Source of the DNA: Eledone cirrhosa
Taxonomy: Eukaryota
Direction: 5' to 3'
DNA length: 64,000 bases
Assembly (NCBI GenBank): GCA_964016885.1
Contig: OZ024744.1
Span: forward strand, 32,798,001-32,862,000
In this document: piece after piece, positions 49,551-64,000 of the stretch
How the letters are laid out: every line of letters starts with the position of its first letter
Position numbering within the stretch: position 1 is the stretch's first letter
The notes under the pieces: model-generated
Seen by the model: the letters and a program-made list of their open reading frames with translations, nothing else
What the model was told of the DNA's origin: nothing
Databases searched by the model: none
Program-made: the position numbers and the translations under genes

Positions 49551-52328
49551 ATTTATTAAAATAACAGATTAAAGTTTAAGCAAAGAATCGCTGCTTTCAC
49601 CCTTAACGGGATCTTCTGAAACTAACAAAGTCAATCTGTAAACGCAGAACTGGATATTTCAAAAAACGTTGCAACCGGAGGAAGACAGGAAGACGATACT
49701 TTGGTTCGTGGTAACGTTCGCTGGCAAAGAACGGGAAAAAACGAATATACGTCATTAATAGGAGCGGTGAAAAACAATTACGCGCAAAGACAAAACCACG
49801 TTTATGGTATAAAAGAGGTCGTAGACTAATGTTCTCTTAGGTGGTGCATAGAGACGTTCTCTGGCAATGAACGAAAAAACGAAGATAATAAGTCATATGT
49901 GGAGCGTGGAGAACAAAAGCACGCAAAGACAAAACCACGTAAATGGTATAGCAGAAGTCGTAGACTAAAATTCTAACTAGGAGACCAAATGAATCTCCGC
50001 TACAGAGTTAAGAACAAAGTAAATAAATACAATACAGAAGTAAGAGAAACAAATAAATACATACACGCAAACAGATACGTACATACACAAGCATACGCAA
50101 AACCTTACCATAGGTATACAAAACCACGCACATATAAATATGTGTGTGTGTGTATGCTTGTGTACAAATAAATAAATAATTATATAAACGTATATATGTA
50201 AATAAATACGTATATAACAAGCGCACGCACATACCTACATATAAATACACGAATGTTCGGAGACGTAAGTCAACTAAAACAAGAAGTACACATATACACA
50301 CACCCACCATACGTACGAACCTGCATACTCACTCGGACGCAAAACTCCCGTATACACATAGCCAAACCCTAAATACCAGAATACGTAAAAAAAACCAAGA
50401 ACCTGGTAAGAAACGTTTCGTTGAGGCTTTCCCGTTTTTCCACCAACGAGCGCATTTTCAACGACCATTCCACTTATTACAATGAAGCTCTTGCTCGAAG
50501 TGGATTTGTCGATAAGGTAGCATATACAGAGTATGAAAATAGACCTAGAAGAAATAGATCCCGTCGCATTTGTTGGTTTAACCCACCATATAATATGGAG
50601 GTGGCCACACCATTAGCTAAGATCTTTCTTTCCCTTATTACGAAGCATTCCCCCTACACATAAATATAGTAAATTTTTTAATAGAAATACTATTAAAATT
50701 TCTTACTCTACGACTCCTAACCTTGCACATAACATCACAGCTTCAAATTTAGCTAAACTACCTAGCCGTAGGAACACGTGCAACCCTGTAGTTAGTACTA
50801 AGTGTAATTGTAGGAATCAGGCTGATTGCCCCCTATCCGGGAAATGCCTCTCTAGTAACATTGTATACAAATGTAAGGTTGTAACACCCACGTCCCGTAG
50901 GGCCTACATAGGGTTAACCGCCAATAGTTTCAAGCAGCGTCTTTACATGCATACCCATTCTTTTCGTTACCCTCTAAGAAGGAATATGACGTCACTTTCA
51001 GCTTATATCTGGAGTCTAAAAGACAACCACACCCAATATAAGTTACACTGGGAGATCCTAGCTAGGGCTAGATCGTATAACGGAAATAAAAGACCATGTG
51101 ACCTCTGCGCCGCTGAGGCCCTGGAAATACTCTACGCCACAGACCACATCTTAAACAAAAAATCTGAGGCAATTTCGGCTTGTAAACATAAATTGCACAA
51201 AACTTTCCTGTATTACAGCCCCACGTTATACCCTAACGGATAGCACGATCTATACGTGGATATTTTACGTCTTGATGTGGGAGCTAAGTATATGTTTTGT
51301 TTATTCCTTTACTTATTTGCATAGGTAAGTATATATTACCCATATGTTTTGTGAAGGTATGTATACCTTCTCGTACGTATATTTGACTGTTATGGCGTAT
51401 CATTTTTACATATTCTGGTATTTAGGGTTTGGCTATGTGTATACGGGAGTTTTGCGTCCGAGTGAGTATGCAGGTTCGTACGTATGGTGGGTGTGTGTAT
51501 ATGTGTACTTCTTGTTTTAGTTGACTTACGTCTCCGAACATTCGTGTATTTATATGTAGGTATGTGCGTGCGCTTGTTATATACGTATTTATTTACTTAT
51601 ATACGTTTATATAATTATTTATTTATTTGTACACAAGCATACACACACACACATATTTATATGTGCGTGGTTTTGTATACCTATGGTAAGGTTTTGCGTA
51701 TGCTTGTGTATGTACGTATCTGTTTGCGTGTATGTATTTATTTGTTTCTATTACTTCTGTATTGTATTTATTTACTTTGTTCTTAACTCTGTAGCGGAGA
51801 TTCATTTGGTCTCCTAGTTAGAATTTTAGTCTACAACTTCTGCTATACCATGTACGTGGTTTTGTCTTTGCGTGCTTTTGTTCTCCACGCCCCACATATG
51901 ACTTATTATCTTCGTTTTTTCGTTCATTGCCAGAGAACGTCTCTATGCACCACCTAAGAGAACATTAGTCTACGACCTCTTTTCTACCATAAACGTGGTT
52001 TTGTCTTTGCGCGTAATTGTTTTTCACCGCTCCTATTAATGACGTATTATTCGTTTTTTTCCCGTTCTTTGCCAGCGAACGTTACCACGAACCAAAGTAT
52101 CGTCTTCCTGTCTTCCTCCGGTTGCAACGTTTTTGAAATATCCAGTTCTGCGTTCACAGATTGACTTTGTTAGTTTCAGAAGATCCCGTTAAGGGTGAAA
52201 GCAGCGATTCTTTGCTTAAACTTTAATCTGTTATTTTAATAAATATTTGCTCTACGGTTCTTATATATTTGATATATATTTTCCTTATCGAGCCCTCTTT
52301 GGATTTTAGTCTTCAATTTTATTATTAT

Positions 52329-52331
<3 letters not shown>
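49551..52331 (+). mobile_element. Penelope-like element, 5'-truncated, with ~840-bp inverted pLTRs
   Basis: 49551..50388 is inverted relative to 51403..52246. Body encodes WFNPPY, CNCR..CPLSGKCL, IVYKC..YIG and CDLC (GIY-YIG), frameshifted. (TA)n flanks. Confidence 0.92.
52172..52222 (+). ncRNA. Hammerhead variant (core CAGAAGA, CUU site) in pLTR
   Basis: AGTTT-CAGAAGA-TCCC(GTTAA)GGGT-GAAA-GCA..TGC-TT-AAACT; distal stem CAGATTGA/TTAATCTG. Confidence 0.75.
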
Positions 52332-52377
<46 letters not shown>

Positions 52378-52379
<2 letters not shown>

Positions 52380-52837
52380 AAAGTTTTATTTAAGATTGTT
52401 GGGTTACAACGAGTAAATATTTTATAACTGATATAAAAGCACTCAACAGTTTCTGGAGTAGGTTTACGATATTAAACAAATGGAAACTATATTTATAAAA
52501 CCATATTTATTTCGTTATGTATATTTCTGGGATATCATATTAAAAATATGGTATGCCTTCCTCAGACAAAATACAATACATAAGCTGTTTTATAAATAAT
52601 CAGTGACATACCTTGCAATAATGCAACTTCCATTTAAAAAGTTGATTTGGACTACCAAATCAACTTTTTAAATGGAAGTTGCATTATTGCAAGGTATGTC
52701 ACTAATTATTTATAAAACAGCTTATGTATTGTATTTTGTCTGAGGAAGGCATACCATATTTTTAATATGATATCCCAGAAATATATATAACGAAATAAAT
52801 ATGGTTTTATAAATATAGTTTCCATTTGTTTAATATC

Positions 52838-52840
<3 letters not shown>
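52378..52840. mobile_element. 376-bp fold-back HHR mini-element (52465..52840) plus tail
   Basis: Loop ACTA at 52651-54. HHR 52732..52797: TATTTTGT-CTGAGGA..GAAA-TATATA-TA-ACGAAATA; mirror at 52508..52573. Confidence 0.88.
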
Positions 52841-52907
<67 letters not shown>

Positions 52908-53249
52908 CTCTGATTAATGATTATTTATTTTATTTATTCATTCATTGAGCCACATAGTTGAAGGTAAGCTACACTCATATATGTATCTATGATTAAATAT
53001 ATGTGTTTTTCTGACTTTGTTCTAACTCCCTTATAGTTAAGACAATTTAGATGGTAACTAACTGCTTCTTCTAGCAACGAACTTACTGGCCACCAGTCTA
53101 CCCTTCACAACACTTCTATCTTGCAAAATAAAAAGTTTTTGGCGTTTTTAATACATATGTTAAAACACAGTAAAGCTGTTAATTTCTTGAGATAGAATTG
53201 CAGTGTTTATTGTCAATCTTTATAACGTAAAAATACATGAAAGATGTAA

Positions 53250-54011
53250 TCTCCTTATAATATATAACCAGCAATTTCTCTGTATTGTCTGTCCGACAGT
53301 GGAAACACGTGCGCGCGTGGTTGCTATCTCTCTTTCTCTGCAGTTATCCCTCTCTTTTAGTCTGTCTGTTTCCCTCACTCTCACTCTTTCTCTTTGTAAC
53401 ACACTAACATTCCTCCCCTCTATCGCTTTAACGAATGGGGAGATGGAGGAGGAGGAGGACGAGGAGGAGGAGGAGAGAGTCACTTCGTCACTTCACCTCT
53501 GCCTTTCTTTCTCTCCCCTCTCACTCCCTCATTACGTACAGACATTAGGACGGTGGATTGGCAGAATCTGTAGAGAGTCGGACACCATGCTTCATAGCAT
53601 GGAGTTACGTCCCTTTACGGTCTGACTTCAAATACCGCCGAGGTTAACTTTGCCTTTCATCCTCACGGGGTCGATAAAATAAAGTACCAGTAATCTACTG
53701 AGTAATTGCTGGCCTTGTGCCAAAAGTAGAAACAATTATTAGAAACATTGCTTCATTTTTACATATCTAAGCATTAGTAAAATAACTAATAATTTCAAAA
53801 GTAATTTTTCAATTCCAATTGTTATGAACAGCAAAACATTAATAATAATTTTGTTCTAAGAAATATATATACATTTCTGTGTGTGTAATATATATATATA
53901 CACACAGAAATATACATACATTTCTGTGTGTGTAATATATATATATAAACACACACAGAAATATATATATATATATACACACTGAAATATATATACATTT
54001 CTGTGTGTGTA

Positions 54012-54042
<31 letters not shown>

Positions 54043-55600
54043 GAAATATATGGGCATTTCTCTGTTTGTCTGTCTGTCTGTCCTTCCCTAAAACTCAAAT
54101 GTAGGTGCTACAGAAATATTACCTTCCCCTTACTTTCTCCACTTTGGTACTACCAAGAGAAACACTGTCGCTATAGAAACATTACCTTCCCCTCTCCACT
54201 GACTTTAGTCACTGAAGCCGAAGGAATCGCTGGTTGCTATAGAGACACCTTGCACAAGCCAGAAGTAACCAGTTCGAGGCGGTTCTGACTTGAAACCATG
54301 CCAAGGACCATTTGAAGATATATTTCCATCGTTATATCATAACGTTTATGTATCATAACCTTTATATTTCCGTCACTAATCTCTTTTTCTCCTTTTTCGT
54401 TTTAACATATATTTATTTCAAAGATTTCACCGTATAGATAACATATATATTTATACATGCATAAAAGACACACCGAGTAACGGTGAACATGTGTTGCCGA
54501 AAACATTTCTCATCCAAATCTCAACAATATCAGTATATACACTAGATTTGCTAGCAGAAAACCGCCCACGGGGGCTTTTCTGCTAGTCTACTTATATATA
54601 TAACCAGCAATTTCTCTGTCTGTCTGTCCGACAGTGGAAACACGTGCGTAGAGAGAGAGTGAGAGTGAAAGAAAGAGACAGACTACGAGAGGGGGATAGC
54701 GGGAGGGAGAAAGGGAGAGAGAGAGAGAGAGAGTGAATAGACGCTAAAACACGTGCTACAGAAACATTACCTTCCCCTCTCCACTGACTTTGGTCACTGA
54801 GGCCGAGGGAATCGCGCTGAGCGCGTCATAATGACGTAATGCAGACAGCAGACATACAGACAGATATTATAAGGGCGCATCGTTATATCTATGTATCTAT
54901 CTAAAAAGAAAGACTAAGAATTATATAGAGAGAACGCTAAATCGCCTAATGCGGTCCCTAGGGCATTGAAAATTTGAAATAATTTTTGCTCAAAACACTC
55001 ACAGGACCATAAGTATTACATGTCTAATGTTTGAAAACAATCCGTTGGGTGGTTCTCAAGTTTTAGTGAGCTGACAGACAGACAGACATTCTCTGTTTTA
55101 GATATATAGACTAGCAGAAAACCGCCCCCGGGTGGTTTTCTGCTAGTCTCTATATATAAAACTGAGGATGTCTGTCTGTGTTTGTGTGTGTCTGTGAGTT
55201 TGAACCCCTAAAACTCGAGAAGTACCCAACCGATTTTTAAAAAACTTTACATGTGTATTACTTATGTTTCAGGGAGTGTTATGCACATAAAATTCAACTT
55301 TTAGATCTGCGCTTTTTCAGCTTTTTAGGGTTTTTTTAGGCGTTACGTCAGACCAATTTCTTTGAAATTGTAACTATGTATTAGTTAGTCTCTTCTTCAT
55401 ACCGTGAGCAAAACAAATCCAACTTTTTTATGGCCTAGGGCCCGCATTAGGTGAAAAACGTCATTTTTTTCAGCTTTTTAGGGCTTTTTTGAGGCATTAC
55501 ATCTAGCCGATTTTCCCGAAATTTCAAGGCATATTTTGCACATAAAAAAAATTCATTTTCTTGATCCCCTAGGGCCCACATTAGGTGAAAATCTGCATAT
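53250..55600. mobile_element. Cluster of non-autonomous Helitron-like elements
   Basis: TC..TATATA heads at 53250, 54587 and 55147 (+) and 55110 (-); hairpin plus CTAG ends at 54586 and 55146; repeated internal segments. Confidence 0.75.
53527..53740 (+). mobile_element. Nin/Deu-type SINE nested in Helitron
   Basis: Same family as 15674. Confidence 0.88.
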
Positions 55601-55695
55601 ACCAACGCGTGTGTGTATATGCAGAGTTTTATTGTAGAACAATAAAACTCTGCATATATCGGATAAGTAGCACTCAACAGTTTATTGAACTGGAG

Positions 55696-56006
55696 TATAT
55701 ATAAGAAGAAATTAAAAGATGGTTAAGAAAGTTCCATATATTTTATTATGCGCATTTCAAAAACAAATATCATCCTGGGACGTTAGTTGCATTCTCATCA
55801 GATAAAATAAGGTAACATGATATGATGCCTAAAAAAACACTTGTGAACAAGAAAGTGTCCATTCAACATATGTTGACTGGACACTTTCTTGTTCACATTT
55901 ATCTGATGAGAACGCAACTATCGTGCCAGGATGATATTTGTTTCTGAAATGCGCATAATAAAATATATGGAACTTTCTTAACCATCTTTTAATTTCTTCT
56001 TATATA
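55696..56006. mobile_element. Fold-back HHR mini-element (centre 55869/55870)
   Basis: HHR 55898..55962 (+): TTTAT-CTGATGA..GAAA-TGCGCA-TA-ATAAA; mirror at 55739..55809; right arm has a ~35-nt deletion. Confidence 0.87.
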
Positions 56007-56058
56007 TATGTATATATATTGATATGTATGTATGTATATATACTATAATATATAATAT

Positions 56059-56164
<106 letters not shown>

Positions 56165-56426
56165 CATACACAAGAGCTCATTCTCCTGTCTCCTTCTCAG
56201 CAAGGAAGATGAAAAAAACTTAGCTCTTAATTTTTAGTTTTTAATTCTTATTAATTCTATTTAATTGTAATACTCATCATTTGATAAGATGAATTTTAAT
56301 AATACATCGAAACCGGTAATACTTTATATACTTTATAGACATTATAAAACTCTATTTAAAAAGAATTGTCCCTCTCATTTTTTCAATAATGTCACTTTGA
56401 CGAATTTCCGTGCTATTTCCAACTTC

Positions 56427-56493
<67 letters not shown>

Positions 56494-56502
56494 TCTCTCT
56501 CC

Positions 56503-56549
<47 letters not shown>

Positions 56550-56599
56550 CAGATATATATATGCATGTATGTATATATATATATATACGTATGTATACG

Positions 56600-56644
<45 letters not shown>

Positions 56645-56651
<7 letters not shown>

Positions 56652-56872
56652 TATGTATACGTACATACATATATGTATACAGACGTAGAGTAGTATGTAT
56701 ATATATACATACATGCACACATATATATATATATATATATACGTGTGGTTTTACCGACCATTTATTATAATGCTCTGTTTGTTTGTAAACAAACATCCCG
56801 AATTAAGCCGTATAGTGTTTAGCAACCATCGTTGCCCTTTTGTTCAACACTGACAAAGGAACTATGTACTAG
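56645..56872 (-). mobile_element. Truncated copy of the 413-bp HHR unit
   Basis: Colinear with 13093-13304; ends at the ACTAG of HHR stem III. Confidence 0.82.
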
Positions 56873-57656
56873 TCTATATATCTAAAGCAGAGAATGTCTG
56901 TCTCTCTGTCTGACTCCCTAAAACTCGAGAACCACCCAGCCGATTGTTTTCAAACTTTACACATTTAATACTTATGGTCCTGTGAGTGTTTTGAGCAAAA
57001 GAACATTCAAATGTTCAATGCCCTAGGGACCGCATTGGGCGATTTAGCGATCTCTCTCTATAATTCTTAGTCTTTCTTTTTAGATAGATAAAGCCTTTAT
57101 AATATCTGTCTGTAGGTCTGGCTGTCTGAATTAGGACATTATGACGTCGCTATCTGTGTGTGTGTGTATATGTATATATAGTCTGTGTATATATGTATAT
57201 ATAGTGTGTGTATATATGTATAGAGTGTGTAACGTTTTCGAAATATTTACTTCTGCGTTCACAGATTGATTTTTTTAGTTTCAGAAGATCCCTTTAAGAG
57301 TGAAAGCAGCGATGCTTTGCTTAAACTTTAATCTGTTATTTTAAAATATATATATATATAATTATATATTCGTGTACAGATGCTTTTGCATACACAATAA
57401 CAAAATATAAACAAACGTATTTATTTCACGAGGCTCGACAGCAGCAAAAACAACAACAAAATAGAGAGGGAACGCAATTACATGCTTTCAAAAAATCTCA
57501 ATGGAAAATTATTTGCCTACTCACCCAGGGCGACAACACTTTTTATTAGGACTTCTGCATTAATTGGTGAACATCCGACGAAACTGTTTCAGAAAGGAGG
57601 GATAAACATGCCAATCTATGTTTAGAATCCAGAGCAACGCTGGGCCTTTCTGCTAG
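56873..57656 (+). mobile_element. Non-autonomous Helitron-like element carrying a PLE pLTR fragment (~57250-57345)
   Basis: Head is the reverse complement of 54835-55110; end CCAGAGCAACGCTGG..CTAG resembles the 11074 terminus. Confidence 0.72.
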
Positions 57657-58867
57657 AGATGTTTAAAGTACAATTCGTTCGTTAGAAGCTCATACTACCA
57701 TATAAATAATATTTTATTAATGCAATAACACATTTTTAAAGTTATATATATCTCAGAAAGCTATTATTTTACTAGTCAGGTTTTAAAGGAAACAATCGAA
57801 AATTCGTTCTATTCATTTCAAATGTTTCAAACTATAATAATTACATAAATCTTTGTAAGAATAACTGAAATATTTTTTTAAAGATATTTAAATAAGGAAC
57901 TGTAAATTAATTCACACCGCTATAGAAATATATAACGACATTTTATAATAGTTTTATTTAACTGTGTACCCCGGCATCGCAAAAGAACGTAAAATAAACA
58001 AATACCGGGGGTCAGTCCGGCCGCTTCGTCTCACTACGAGTCGCCGTCGAGATCTAAGGCTTACTTGGACCCCGTACTGCCGAACTCCTCTGCAAGATCG
58101 GAGCGTCAGCGGCCCGTTTGAGGAGGGAGTCCCGCGAGGTTGGGTAACTGTTGCAGGGCAAAGGTTCTCAACGAGGGGCATATTCCCCCCCCCCCCGGGG
58201 GGGGAGTTCCAGGGGGCGTTTTGGAGCAAGGGGAGGTTGGGGGCGTTTGAAGATTTGGGGCCGCTGGAAGCCCCTTTAGTTTGGTAAGTTTTATAAGTCA
58301 TATTTGTACGTCTCTGAGACAGCCAGTGTGAGTGCATTTGGATGAAGAAAACGAAGAAAATAAATAAAAGAAGCTTGTCAACGAATTCCACTGGGAGATA
58401 AAAGAAAAACAAAAGAAATCAAAGAAAATGAAAATAAGGACAACGTCAACCTTTACAAAAGTTACATGAACAACTTCATCATAAATGACAAAAATAAGAA
58501 GCAATGGTGATGAAAGGTCTGGATGTATACATATATACATACATACAATCATACACACACATGCATACGTACATATATACACATATATACACACACAGGC
58601 CGGTGGTGATGTTTGATGAGGTTGAGAACCTGGTCAGCTTTCAGCCAGAGCTGTGGTATTTAATCTCCCTGGGTAATAAAATCTGGAGACAAAAATGTTC
58701 TCCTTACCAAAAAAAACAACAACATAAATCATGTCAACATCCTTACACACTTAAATATAAATGCATATATATATATACAAATGTTTAAATGCATAGCTAT
58801 ATACATACGTAAATGTATGTATGTATGTATGTAGATATATGTATGTAGATATATGTATGTATGTATG

Positions 58868-58898
<31 letters not shown>

Positions 58899-59263
58899 CC
58901 TGTTGATAAACTGATTCCTTCGTTCGATCACCAATACCATGAGCTTGCCATTCACGTAAGTCTGATATTTGATTTCGGATTCAAAGAAACACTTTAAACG
59001 ATTGTTCGTTTGATTTGTCCAGGTGTACTTTTCTCAACCTGATTAGTTCTATCGTTACTTTGGTATATATTGTGTGTTAGTTTCGCCTACCACAATGTTC
59101 GATTTGTCAAGCTATTTAAACGTATGTTATTACTCTAAGGTCCTATCTTATCGAGTGCTTCCCTAACTCATCTTTTCATATAAGTAGGCCGAATTTACTT
59201 GCAAGCCGCCAGAGATTCGATTTTACTGATTTCCAATTATATATATATATATAAACCTACATA

Positions 59264-63993
<4,730 letters not shown>

Positions 63994-64000
63994 TATATAT

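Noticed and set aside
57954-58412. GC-rich ORFs as a host exon
   Set aside because: No motif found; GGTTCTCAAC near 58168 hints at a hAT-type end, but I found no partner terminus.

Overview
This is eukaryotic, microsatellite-rich DNA in which I recognised no host gene. The SINE types and (TA)n/(CATA)n density suggest an octopod cephalopod (inference). The window is almost entirely mobile elements. (1) Four minus-strand Tx1/L1-clade LINEs; three form a head-to-tail train (17.6-32.4 kb) joined by (AAT)n and anchored in a SINE tail. (2) Four coding Penelope-like elements (PLEs) of different lineages, with direct and/or inverted pseudo-LTRs. (3) Many ORF-less fold-back or tandem units in (TA)n that carry type I hammerhead ribozyme (HHR) motifs, including ~410-470 bp head-to-tail monomers that resemble retrozymes inserted with Penelope-type architecture. 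(4) R4/Dong-like RLE LINEs in (CATA)n. (5) RTE and CR1 remnants, Helitrons and tRNA-derived SINEs. The best candidate for an undescribed system is the HHR mini-element/PLE guild, followed by the (AAT)n-targeted Tx1 train with an ORF1 swap. All RNA folds and family assignments were made by eye and need computational confirmation.
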